From contig OZ024742.1 of the NCBI GenBank assembly GCA_964016885.1, positions 159,030,001-159,094,000 on the forward strand: a DNA stretch of 64,000 nt, written 5' to 3'. Positions 1 to 11,862 of this stretch are shown piece by piece. This DNA comes from Eledone cirrhosa. Its lineage: Eukaryota. Numbering within the stretch: position 1 is the first letter of the stretch; each line of letters starts with the position of its first letter. The position numbers and the translations under genes were made by a program. The notes under the pieces were generated by a model. It did not search any database, was not told where the DNA came from, and was given only the letters and a program-made list of their open reading frames with translations.

Positions 1-601
1 ACATCCACACATATATATATGTACGTATGGATTCACCGAACATTTATTATAATGCTCGGTGTGTTTGTAAGCAAACATCCCGAATTAACCCGTACAGTGT
101 CTAGCAACCATCGTTGCTCATTTGTTCAACACTCACAAATGAACGCTGTACTAGTTTCAAGCTTATTAGCTATCGTCAGCAACGTATACCTTCCTGCCAG
201 ATGGTTGAACGTCTGAAAGTATATACTTTCCTTATACATATTAACGGCTGAACAGCCTAATTTGCATATCGAGTGAGTTAATAGGCCGGGGTACCGAAAA
301 GGATAAACGGAAAAAAATGAAACGAAATTTCATTTCTCACTCTTAGTACGGCTGTTACTTAAATATAAGTATGTATACGTACATACATATATGTATACAG
401 ACGTACAGTAGTATGCATATATATATACATACATGCACACATATATATATATGTACGTATGGATATGTGCATGTATGTATATATATATGCATACTACTGA
501 ACGTCTGTATACAGATATGTATGTACGTATACATACTTATATTTAAGTAACAGCCGTACTAAGAGTGAGAAATGAAATTTCGTTTCATTTTTTCCGTTTA
601 T
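1..601 (-). mobile_element. Hammerhead-bearing ~432-bp tandem unit (retrozyme / non-autonomous PLE-like, family A) with fold-back arm
   Basis: gtacgtatgga recurs at 21 and 453 (period 432); 303-438 is the inverted copy of 467-601; hammerhead at 143-185; ends in (TA)n; runs off the left edge. Confidence 0.75.
143..185 (-). ncRNA. Type I hammerhead ribozyme (minimal)
   Basis: Minus strand ACGTTG-CTGACGA-T AGCT aata AGCT T-GAAA-C ta G TA-CAGCGT: stem I 6 bp, stem II 4 bp with U.U closure, palindromic stem III ACTAGT, GUA cleavage triplet. Confidence 0.8.
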
Positions 602-743
602 ATATATATATATATATAAATGAAAGTAGAGAAATTAATGTGAGCAAGAAGCCAACAGTATTTCATAATATATAAGTGACTATAACGTCAAAATGGAAAT
701 ATTTAACGGAAGATATGGGAAAATAATTCAAACTCAATTCAAA

Positions 744-782
<39 letters not shown>

Positions 783-787
<5 letters not shown>

Positions 788-1182
788 TGTATGTATAGTG
801 TATTTGGCAATATACCGTATGTTTAATTAAAAACATTTAGAAGGCCATACGCTATTAGTTTTAAAGTAGTTACTATGTCACTTAATTCTTTTCGGCGAAA
901 GAAGGGAGAGAAGATAGCAGTCTGTTTCACGCTGGTTGGCGTTCATATATATTGCTGAAATTCTATGAGAATCCAGCTTCTGTAATTTTCGGCGGAAGCA
1001 GGGGAGTACGTGGCTCTGATGAACGCCAACCAGCGTGAAACAGACTGTCAGCTTCTCTCCTTTCTTTCGCTGAAAAGAAGTAAGTGACATAGTCACTACC
1101 TTAAAATTGATAGCGTATGGTCTTCTAAATGTTTTCAATTAAACATACGGTACATTGCCAAATATACTATACATACATTCAT
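783..1182 (+). mobile_element. Hammerhead-bearing fold-back element in (TA)n
   Basis: 783-945 is the imperfect reverse complement of 1019-1182; (TA)n on both sides; contains hammerhead. Confidence 0.75.
1001..1060 (+). ncRNA. Type I hammerhead ribozyme, canonical core, GUC site
   Basis: GGCT-CTGATGA-ACGC caacca GCGT-GAAA-CA gac TG TC-AGCT; stem I extends as GGGGAG/CTCTCC after an internal loop; predicted cleavage after 1049. Confidence 0.9.
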
Positions 1183-1184
1183 GT

Positions 1185-1252
<68 letters not shown>

Positions 1253-1336
1253 GCACACACACAAATATATATATATATATAAATATATATATATATATTT
1301 CTATATGTATATATATATATATATATATACATATAG

Positions 1337-1374
<38 letters not shown>

Positions 1375-1752
1375 TCTGCAGACATAGAATAGCCACTAAA
1401 TTCATAAGATTCAAACCTCCGTGAATCGAACCAACATAACATAGCTTTAAATTAGGATACCTACTACCCACAGAAATATATTCATTAAGTATACTATATC
1501 CTTCACAAGTCTATACCACACAATTGTCTCTAAGTACCTCATCTACCAACAATCTTACTCCTTCTCAGCTGCTGCCATCATTTGATCCTAAATCCTAGTT
1601 TTTCTCATTTCACTACTACAATGTTACTTTACCTTCTTTTTGCCATAATTACAATTAGCACGCTTATCTCTTTGCATGTATGTATATTTTTGTACGAGTG
1701 TATATTGATGTGTATGTATGTGTCTATGTACACATGCATGTGTATATATGTG

Positions 1753-1785
<33 letters not shown>

Positions 1786-2182
1786 ATGTGTGTGTGCGTA
1801 AATATATGCGTATATTAATTCGTTAACCTCTGTATTAACTCAACAACTATTTAGCTTTGACAGTGGTCCCACTCATGTATACTGTTGAAGATGAAGAGAA
1901 AGACTGTAAAAACTAGCTTATCTTTATAATTTAAAATTGATATACACTACGATACTTTGTACATGCCAACGCTTCATTTTGCCTTATGACAGCTAGTTTT
2001 ACACACCGTAACATTAGATACATTATATACCCCCCACCTAAGTAATGTCAGGGTCTCCTTAAATAATTTATTGATAGCATTGTTGTAATTGTTGTTATTG
2101 TTCTAATTGAATGCCATTACTACTTCATATAGTAGCCTGTATTTTCTTTTCTTTTCTTGCCTGTGTATTTTCTTCATTCTCG

Positions 2183-2295
2183 CATGCTCCGAAGATCTGG
2201 CTGGTTATAATTCTGTATTGGCGATCGAGTAACGCAAAATTAAGCGAATAGCGATCTCTAGACATACCAGTTCAGTGAAACAAATGTAAGCTATG
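2183..2295 (+). ncRNA. Hammerhead-like motif with CCGAAGA core and ~80-nt stem II
   Basis: CATGCT-CCGAAGA-[CTG..CTGGT..GATCG..CGC/GCG..CGATC..ACCAG..CAG]-GAAA-CA aa TG TA-AGCtATG. Confidence 0.6.
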
Positions 2296-2343
2296 TGATT
2301 AAAAACTTTTTTGTATAGCAAACCATGTAAACCTTCTTTCCTG

Positions 2344-2399
<56 letters not shown>

Positions 2400-2669
2400 G
2401 TTGTTAGACCCAGCATATTTATCAATGCCAGTAACGGTTGTATCTCAGCGCACTCAATGGGCAATGTAAGAGTATACACATAGTTATTTGCCTCAACACA
2501 GCACACGTAAAACGGATGCCTATAAGGTTCTCGGACTCGAGTTTCTGCCGCACTAATGCAGCAGTAAGGTGCACTGCACCATCTGTCTGCATATATTATG
2601 CAACAATGCACAATCGGCTTATGCGACTTCATCACCGGGTATCGCCTAATCAATAACCAATCGATCGAC

Positions 2670-2739
<70 letters not shown>

Positions 2740-2742
<3 letters not shown>

Positions 2743-3043
2743 AGAGTTAAACAAGATTCAATGAATATATCAAAGAATGAGTTTTACAATAGATTGGAAG
2801 CACTCTACAAAAAATGTTTTCCAGAGTCATTAATATTATTTCAAAATATTAACAAAATAGATATTCTTGTGATCAATTATATTTTATTATACATATTTTA
2901 ACCATCTACCATGTCAGGGTATGTCATGTATAATTTTATTTTATCTGATGAGGACGTACTGTTGAACTTAATTCAGTACCTCTGAAATATGTATAATAAA
3001 ATATAATTGATCACAAGAATATCTATTTTGTTAATATTTTGAA

Positions 3044-3046
<3 letters not shown>
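2740..3046 (+). mobile_element. Hammerhead-bearing element, family C, with internal inversion
   Basis: Between two (TA)n tracts; 2843-2897 is the inverted copy of 2986-3041; related copy at 19492-19693 on minus. Confidence 0.7.
2938..3002 (+). ncRNA. Type I hammerhead ribozyme
   Basis: ATTTTAT-CTGATGA-GGAcGTAC(tgtTGAActtaaTTCA)GTACcTCT-GAAA-T atgt A TA-ATAAAAT; 7-bp stem I, AUA site after 2995. Confidence 0.8.
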
Positions 3047-3102
<56 letters not shown>

Positions 3103-3572
3103 GTTTGTGTGTGTATGTGTGTGTGCGTGTGGATAAACGCCACTGAAATATATCGCATTTCATCATCATAACTTCAAAGCAATGATTTCGGCGACAACAT
3201 TAAAGTCAAAGACAAAATTAAAACCATAAGAAAGATATAGAAACCTGTTCAACATAATTTGGAATAGTTCAGATATTGTGAAAGTTTAGATCAAAGAGTT
3301 TAATTTTTAAGCTCAAAAGATTGGATTGATCTCCTGTTGTACTCATCTAGTAAGCTACAGGGCGCATCAGAGAACGATGAAGAATGCTAACGAGCCTCGT
3401 TGTAGTCAAAAGTTTTCGTTTATATATATACATATATATATGTGTGTGTGTGTGCGTGTGTATGTGCTTGTGTGTGCGTCTGTCTGTGCTTTATATAGAT
3501 AGTATACATGCATATGAATATTTACAAATTAGAAATCGCATACTATATGCATTATTATATATATATATACAG

Positions 3573-3760
3573 GGCGGTGAATTGGCAGTATCGGTAGAGG
3601 ATCGGACATGCTTTCCAGCATAGTTACGTCCCTTTACGATCTGAGTTCAAATCCCGCCGAGGTTAACTTTGCCTTTCATCCTTACGGGGTCGATAAAAAT
3701 AAAGTACCAGTAATGCACTGGGTAATTGCTGGCCTTGTGCCAAAAGTAGAAACAATTATT
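3573..3760 (+). mobile_element. tRNA-derived SINE, family 1
   Basis: A-box-like TGGCAGTATCGG, B-box GAGTTCAAATCCC, core GCCTTTCATCCTTACGGGGTCGATAAAATAAAGTACC (resembles a Meta-type SINE core), AT-rich tail; more than 12 copies in window. Confidence 0.85.
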
Positions 3761-3798
3761 ATATATATATATATATATATTGATAGACATATGTATGC

Positions 3799-3850
<52 letters not shown>

Positions 3851-3853
<3 letters not shown>

Positions 3854-4042
3854 ACGAAGGAAATGTGGTAAGGAACCAGGTGGCCCATAACGCACCGAAG
3901 TACTCAATACTTAGGGTAGTAGAGTGGGTAATAGGAACAAGTAAGACCCCGACGGCTGAGCTCAAGCCGTTTCGACGGCTAATTCTGTCCAGAATTAGCC
4001 GTCGAAACGGCTTGAGCTCAGCTGTCGGGGTCTTACTTGTTC
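3851..4042 (-). mobile_element. pLTR-like fragment ending in ~107-bp palindrome with 3' half of a hammerhead (family D)
   Basis: 3936-4042 near-perfect palindrome; GAAA-CGGCT tgagctc AGCCG-TC-GGGGTC is stem III plus GUC; near-identical copy at 16846-17041. Confidence 0.7.
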
Positions 4043-4075
<33 letters not shown>

Positions 4076-4436
4076 CGTGTGTGTGTGTTGAACGCCTTTT
4101 GGTAATCTTAAGTAAATGTATAATTTGAAGAGAACTATATTTACTGTCAATGTAATTGATGTTACACTTTTCTATCTACTTTGGTAGCATATAAAATATA
4201 TGCCTTCTAAGTTTGTCCTGTTCCCATAGTTTCAATAATATCATACTCGTTATCAAGGATCTCTCTAACATTATGTATCATGTGAGAAGCATTAGATTCT
4301 TGTTAAATTCTGGATATACGTATCTATGTCCACTTAATGAGTGGCCTGTAGGTTTTTAACATGTAAGTCGTCAATCATTTAAATATTGATGTCAGTTGTT
4401 GATATTGGTTTTGCTGTTATTATTTAACCTCAGAAA

Positions 4437-5078
4437 GGGTGGTGGGTTGGCAGGGATGTTAGAGCGTCGCGCAAATACTTAGTGGTATATGTTCTAGCTC
4501 TTTACTTTCTGAGTTCAAATCCCAGTCGACTTTGACTTTCATCCTTTCGAGTTCGATAAATAATGGACCAGTCTAGTACTAGGACAGATATAATCAACTT
4601 TACCTTCTCCAAAAACTTGCTGGCCTTCTGCCAAAATTAGAATCCATTAGGGCGGTGGATTGGCAGTATCAGTAGAGGGTTTGACGCCATGCTTTGCAAC
4701 AAAGAGTTACGGCCTTTTATCGTCTGAGTTCAAATCCCGCCGAGGTTAACTTTGCCTTTCATCCTTACGGGGTCGGTAAAATAAAGCACCAGTAATACAC
4801 TGGGATAATTACTGGCCTTGTGCCAAAAAGTAGAAACAATTATTATTGTTATCTTAATCATAAGAAGCGGTGGTGTGGCAGAATTGGTAGAACATAAGAC
4901 AAAATGCTTTGCAGTATTTAGAATGTTTGCTTACTGAATTCAAATTCCACCCTAGTCAACTTTGCTTTCATGCATCCGTGGTAGATAAAATAAAGTAATA
5001 GTTAAGTACTGGTGTTGAGATAATTAACTTTCATTTGCCCCAGATTTGCTGACTGTGCCAAAAATTAAAAATTATTAT
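4437..5078 (+). mobile_element. Cluster of three family-1 SINEs (4437-4645 old, 4650-4845 younger, 4867-5078 old)
   Basis: Each has B-box GAGTTCAAAT-like motif and the CTTTCATCC..GATAAA core. Confidence 0.8.
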
Positions 5079-5640
5079 TTAGCCCAAGATCAACTCTGAT
5101 CCGCCAAGGTTTCGTTTTATATCTAGTTTTTGTCTTGTGTTGTAAAAGGTATTGAGTTGGTATTATGTTAATGTAAGAAATTCTCATCTTTATCCGAATT
5201 AGAAGGAAAACTAAAGCGTGTTGCATGCAAACTGTATGCTAATAAATGTTTAGTTTGCACAGCATAACGGTTAGTGTCGTAAATTGTATTTGCATTCAAT
5301 ATTGCAGGTTAATGAGAATGCTTGTAGGCGGTTGATCGACTTGCAAGAAATAGTAGATAAATATCCCTCAAAGCAACCAGAAAGAAACATTGACACAAAA
5401 TAGACAAAAATAATGTATGCCAACGACTAGAAAACATTTGATCTCAGCTGGCCTGTGTCTAAGTACCAACATTCATCTGGGAAGCTTGTGTTGTATTATT
5501 GATGAGGAGAATTGAAACACAAATGCCTTATTAACACTTTCATGTCTATGTTTCTAATCACATACAATGTATTTAAAGAAATTAATGAAGAATTTGGAGG
5601 GATTCGCTAATTTTTTTTTTTTATTTCATTATTAAAGTCA

Positions 5641-5832
5641 GCGGTGGATTGGCAGTATCTGTAGAGGGTCGGACGCCATGCTTTGCAGCATAGAGTTACG
5701 GCTCTTTATGATCTGAATTCAAATCCCAACGAGGTTAACTTTGCCTTTCATCCTTACGGGGTCGATAAAATAAAGTACCAGTAATATACTGGGGTAATTG
5801 CTGGCCTTGTGTCAAAAGTAGAAATAATTATT
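5641..5832 (+). mobile_element. SINE family 1
   Basis: Colinear with 3573-3760. Confidence 0.85.
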
Positions 5833-6391
5833 AAGATGTTATTTGTAACATAACCTAACTTAAATTTTGTTGGAAGATTGAATTTAAAAAGAAACCTTTT
5901 TAAATGAGTAGTTTTGTGTCATAGAATCATGGGCTGGTTGGTTTTAAAAGAGTTAATTGATGCTATTGCTAGGTTGAGGCTGGGTGTAATACATGTTATG
6001 CTTTGTTTGGTGAGACATTTTTATCTGATAAGGATTTCATATGATGGCGCAGCTGGTTTCCTCCAACATCGCGTGACTGTGATAAAATTCAGTCACCCTG
6101 TTAAATTATTGTTAAGCTGTATGTAAACAAATACATAGATAGATGGATAAATATGTTTCTTTATTAGCCACAGGGGCACCAAAGAAGGGGACAAATACAA
6201 AGGGGGTAGTTTACATACAATAAAAACGTGTAAGATACTATCAAAAATACAATTTAAAAGTTAATCGATTTTCCCCAATAGGGGGAGACATTACATATGG
6301 GTAACACATACCCCCGAAAAAATGTGCAACCCTCATCTCCAGGAGTACGAAGAGTTTGTACCCCTTTCCTCTCCTCCTCCTTTTCCTCAAC

Positions 6392-9300
6392 CTACAGGCT
6401 GATATAGAGAGAAAGCCCATTCACTCGGGCCATTCTCGCCATTTTCACCCACCTTTCATAAAACTTGCTGGGGTACAGCACCTCTTTCTCCATCCTGATT
6501 CTTCTTCTAAAGTGGTATTTGAAAAAAAGAATCAGTTGTTGGCCGGAGAGAAAGGTGTCTGACCTCAGCCCTTTCAACCTTGTCCACCATACAACCTCTT
6601 TCGCCATAGCTATGACACATAGGAAAACCGCCTCTGCTTCGTTTTTGAAGGAGGGTGGCGGTTTGATCATGACAATGGACTCGGTGGTCAACAGGATTGG
6701 TCTCACCCGCGAAAATAGTCGTTCTACATAGCCCCACAGGTCGGTAACTCCCGGGCAGTGTATGAATGCGTGCGCGACGGTTTCTTCGTCTCGCACGCAC
6801 CTCGGACAGATCTTTTTCGAAGGGTCTCTGCCTGGGCGCCCATGTCTGTAGAGCTTGTCTCGAACTGGTAGGGCTCCTTGGTAGCACTGCCAAGCCAGAG
6901 ACTTTTGGAAGTTGTCCATCGGTCCCGGGCGGAAGGTCCTACCGAACAGACTGGCCAGTTCGTCTTTCTCTACGCCTAGAGTTTCACCGAGCGCGTCGTC
7001 GCACTTGCTGCGGATCAACCCTCTATAGAATGACAACGTGGAGTCTCCACAGATCACCGGGTCCGCCTGCCAGAGGGCTGTGAGCGCCTGAGTACATTCG
7101 ATGTGCCAGTCGCCCATTTTCCTCGGTCGCTGCAGCTCGGTCAGCGAGACGAGTCGTGGGAAGGCTCGCCTCACGAACGGGGCCCACACCGGTTATCCGG
7201 TGAGGAATATGTAGAGATGCCGCAGCCTGAGCGCGTGTTTGCGCATCGTCAGCCACGGCATCCCCAGCCCTCCGTTGGAAGGGTGTTGGCAGCAGATGGA
7301 TCTGCTCACCAAAGGAACCCTGCCTCCTCCAAAGGAATTGGAAGAGTGCGCGCTCCATTTTGGTGAGCGTTTGGGCTGGGCAAGGCACGACGGTCAAGCG
7401 GTAGTAGATGGCGGACGCTATAAAAGTGCTCGCCACCTCCGCTCGACCTTTCAAGAATAGTTTGCACTCGGCCCACTTCTGGGTGAGTGCAAACATCTTG
7501 GCCGTCACCTCGTTCCAGTTCTTCTCCACCTGGAGGTCCGGACCAAACCAGACCCCGAGCCGCTTTACCTTCCTTCCGTCCAGCGTCCGACGACGCCATC
7601 ACAAGGCATCGGTTTGCCTCTCCACGATCCGAGTTGCAAACCGATGGACTTGTACCCGTTCAGCTTCGCTCCTGTGAACCTTTCGTATTCCTTCAGTAAG
7701 GTGCCGACTTCCTCGATTTGCGAGGCGCTCGACACCATTACTGTCACGTCGTCGGCGTAGGCCGACGCCGCTTTCCGCAGTCCCGGTTCCAAACGGATGC
7801 CCTGCAATAGCTCCAACTTCCGCAGTAGTGGCTCGAGAGTCAGTACGTACAGAAGGGAGGAGAGAGAGCATCCCTGTCGAATGGATCGTGTGATATGGAA
7901 CGGCTCCGAGAGGTAGCCGTTCACCTTGACCCTTGAGCAGATGTTGCTGTTGTGAATTGCAGCAATCCGGCCCCTGAACACGGGTCCGAAGCCTGCCGCC
8001 TCGAGCACCGCATCCAGGTAACGATGGTCAACCCTATCGAAAGCCTTAGACTGATCCAAGTTGATCAGGGCCCCACCGAAGCCGGGTTTACACACAACCC
8101 TCGCTATGATGTATTTGCCTGAGGTGGAGGTTGTCGTGTATGGACCTGGTCGGGATTGCGCATGTCTGCGCTTCTCACACCAGGTTCTCGACGACAAGCA
8201 CCAGCCTCTTTGCCAACACCTTGGCCAAAATCTGTAACTCTGTATTTAGCAGAGTTATGGGCCGGAAGTTGCCTATGTGATCCCCCTTATTCTCGTCCTT
8301 CCTGACTAGTGTGACTACGCCCCCTGTCACAGAACTGGGAATTCTCCCGTTCTGTTGCCAGTTGCAGTAGACCGCTTCCAGGAGACCGGAGAATAAGTCC
8401 GGCATTGCTACGTAAAATTCGTAGGGTAGACCGTCGAGACCTGGCGATTTGCGTTTGCCGCATTGGCTCAGCTCGTCCCCTATCTCAGCGCCTGAAATCG
8501 GCTTTTCGCAGAATTTCGCCTCGCTGTCCGAGAGTCGCGGTAGGCCGTCGAGGTATGGACCGAAATCCATAGCCCCTCCCGGCGCGCCGCCCTGCCTGAA
8601 TAGTTGCGCAAAGTGCTGCTGAAAGGCCGCACACATCTGCTTCGGCTCACGTATCACGCGTCCGTCTTGGTCCTTCAAAGACTGAATCGTGGACTTGTTG
8701 CCACTTTTTGCCTCCGTCACTCGGGCCCAGCTAACAGCTTTGGCTCCCTCGTTTCCCAGAGCACGTATTTTGCTTCTGACAACGCAGCCCTCGTGCTTTG
8801 CGTCGAAGAACTGGTCCAAGGCCGTTCTCGTTGCTAGCACGCTGGCTACGTTGCCGCTTCTAATTGCCTCTTCTACTTTATCTACCAGTTCCTTCTCGGT
8901 CCTTTTTCTATCTAACGCTAATTCTTTACTAAAAGCTAAGGAGTATAATCTAACTGCCCTCTTGAGAGAGTACCACCATCTGTTGTTGACAATGGCCCCT
9001 GTCAAGTGCTGTTTAACTAAAGTGCTAATCCGTCTACTGTAGGCTTTGCATGTCGGTAACGACAAGTTCAGCTTCCAGTAGCCGGGTCCTTGTCTATGGG
9101 TTCTATCAAGGTTGACCATGCAGGTCACTAGTTTGTGATCTGAATAGGCAACCATGAACATTTGTGGACAGCTTAACATGTCCCTATCTTTATTTCTAAC
9201 TAGAACCCTATCTAGGTACGATCTAGATGTTCCGCTAAGATTAGTCCACGTCCACAGTGGCACAGTCGGAAAATCTAGTCGATATCTATCGGCCAGGTCA

Positions 9301-9813
9301 AATCGGCCGATTAACTGTTTGAGGCTGTTACACCCCCCTTTATCGGGACATGCTCCCACATAGTCCCAACGTGCATCTAGGATTCCATTCCAGTCCCCCA
9401 CTAAAAGCAAGGAGCGGGACGTTCCCAGAAAAGTCTCTAGACGTTTGAAGAAGTCTGGCCGCGGTGTCCCGGATGGGGCATATGCGGCCACCAGCCTGAA
9501 GGCTCCACCTTCACTACCGTCAACGTCAAGGACCACCAGTCGACACTCCGGGTCCAAATGTACCGTCTGTGTTACGAGGCCCAGGTGTTTCCGCAGCAAA
9601 ACGGCAACCCAGCCCCCACCCCCCGGCTGACAGAGAGATGCATAGATCTCAAAGTCATCGAAGATGGGGGCCAGCTGTCGCTCGCTGTGGATCCTGGACT
9701 CTCAAATGGCTACTACATCCACACTGTGCGACCTGAGGTCGTTTAAGAGTTTGCCGTTTCCATGGCATCCCCAGGCCGCGTACATTCACACATCCAACTC
9801 TTATATTGGCCAT
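6392..9813 (-). pseudogene. LINE ORF2 (APE endonuclease, reverse transcriptase, zinc knuckle), several frameshifts
   Basis: MANIRVGCVNVRGL at 9813; GDWN, SYLDR, SDH (APE); KSPGLDG, FRPITLLN, LDQSKAFDRV, RQGCSLS, AYADD (RT); CPRC..EETVAHAFIHC; pieces 8175-9599, 7565-8197, 7023-7529, 6392-7189. Confidence 0.92.
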
Positions 9814-9891
9814 GTTGGTTCTGAAAAGTTAAAAGAAGAGGAGAAGAAAACACTCACCTCTTCGTCTCCCGGGGATCAGGCCACACGATTT

Positions 9892-11295
9892 CTATGGGGG
9901 TGTTAGAGGGGTTGTCTGGGTGGGTGGTGGTTTCCGGCGGGGTGGGGACGGAGATGTTTGTTTGGGATGAGGTGTCTGGGTGGGTGTGTCTGTGGTGAGG
10001 GTGGGGAAACTTTTTAAAACGCGGTTAATGAGTTTAACACAAGGATTACCCACGTCCTTAGGAAAGTTTTCCTTTAAAGACTTATAGGTGTCCGTAGGGA
10101 CCCTAATCATCTTTAAATTAGGTTTGTCTACACAGTTCGAAAAAGTTTTCCCTTCGGTTTTCACCGAAGGGTCGTTGGAGATGACCTCCATTAAAGTTTT
10201 GTTTTTACTGTTTATGTATGTGTAATGTTCTTGTGTTGCGGTGGTTTTGTCTGTTGTTCTTGTGGGAGCTTTCGTTTTGTTATAGGTGTTTGTGTTTGGA
10301 GTGATGTCGTGGTTTTGTTTTCGGGACGGGGGTTTTTGTTTGTAATGTTTGTGTTGTTTGTGTTGGTGGTTGTATGTTTATAGTGATGTTTGTTGTTTTT
10401 TATTCTTGTGGTGTCTTTTCTTCTTTCTTTTCGAACGGAGAGGCTCTCCCTCATCGTCACTTGGTGATGATGAGGGGGCCTCGTCCGTTGTGGTGTCTGT
10501 GTTATTTGGAAGGGGTATGTTTTGGGGAGCTGTTGTGTTTGTGGGTGTTTTTGCAGTGGTTTTAGGTGGAGTGAGGTTGGGTGGGACTGTGCTTGCAGGT
10601 TGGTTTGTTGTTCTTGTTTTGGTTATGTTTGCGTGTTGTTGTTGTTGTTGTTGTGGTGGTGGTGGTGGTGGTGGTGGTGGTGGTGGTGGTGGTGGTGGTG
10701 GTGGTGGTGGTGGTGGTGGTGGTGGTTGTGTTGTTGTTTTGGGTGTTGGCAGTAGTGCCTCTTTTTTTTGTAGTTAACTGAGGACAGTAAGCCTTCAGGT
10801 GACCACTGCTTAAACAGTGGTAACATGAAGGCCGCCTACCCTCAACAGAAATGTTTATGTGTGAAATTCTATCCAGAGGCACACGTTGGGTTATTTTAGC
10901 TATCCGTTCTGGCCTCATTTGGACCAGAACTTCCATGCTTGTACCATTGAATGTGCCTCTGGAGGAATTTCCCACCGAAATGATGGTGTCTTCGTCGAAA
11001 TCGATGAAGCCAGTTAAAATCCACCAGACGTTTACATTTGGTGCAATGTTCGAAATTTTTATCTTTTGTGTCCTTTTTCCCATATATGTGGGGAAAAAGA
11101 TGTAAAGGGGGGACACAATCGGCGATACAGAATATTTTTGTGCCGTCAATTGGGCTTTCAACAACACCAAAATGCTTCCAAAAAGTTTCCCTTTTTGGAT
11201 GAAGGCAATATCCTTTATGGAATTCTTCAGAACCAGTTCAATGTCATTTTGGGATAATTGAACTGGTTTTTTCGACACATTTGAAACCGTCCTGA
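9892..11295 (-). pseudogene. LINE ORF1 (gag-like zinc knuckle, Thr/Pro/Lys-rich tail), disrupted
   Basis: CYHCLSSGHLKAYC in ORF 10562-11416; (ACC)n gives poly-Thr; downstream pieces in other frames; the predicted IYLS N-terminus is only the flanking microsatellite. Confidence 0.75.
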
Positions 11296-11400
<105 letters not shown>

Positions 11401-11771
11401 TTTCTTTATTAGTCACAGGGGCACAAAAGAAGGGGACAAATACAAAGGGGGAAGTTTACATACAATAAAAACGAGTAAAATGTTATCACAGATGGAATTT
11501 AAAAGTTAGTCGATTTTCCCCAATAGAGGGAGACAGTTTATATGGGTAACACAGACCCCCGAAAAAAATGTGCAACCCTCATCTCCAGGAGTACGAAGAG
11601 CTTGTACTCCTTTCCTCTCCTCCTCCTTTTCCTCAACCTACAGGCTGATATAGAGAGAAGGCCCATTCACTCGGGCCATTCTCGCCACTTTCACCCACCT
11701 TTCATAAAACTTGCTGGGGTACAGCACCTCTCTCTCCATCCTGATTCTTCTTCCAAAGTGGTATTTGAAAA

Positions 11772-11775
<4 letters not shown>
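11401..11775 (-). mobile_element. Second copy (3' ~375 bp) of the same Tx1/L1 LINE
   Basis: Colinear and highly similar to 6156-6529; (GATA)n on both sides. Confidence 0.92.

Positions 11776-11862
<87 letters not shown>

Larger units (their letters stand above)
6156..11295 (-). mobile_element. Tx1/L1-clade LINE, 5'-truncated in ORF1, frameshifted
   Basis: ORF1 with CCHC knuckle; ORF2 with APE, RT and C-terminal CCHC; AATAAA at the 3' end; (TATC)n-like sequence at both ends. Confidence 0.92.

Noticed and set aside
2395-2670. CpG-containing island between TA tracts with a 120-aa Cys-rich ORF
   Set aside because: No recognisable domain or hammerhead; left unassigned
3380-3421. GAATG-CTAACGA-GCCT..AGTC-AAAA hammerhead-like string
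   Set aside because: Several core and stem mismatches; cannot be distinguished from chance
3573-3660. tRNA-like A and B boxes
   Set aside because: SINE heads with no complete cloverleaf; not tRNA genes
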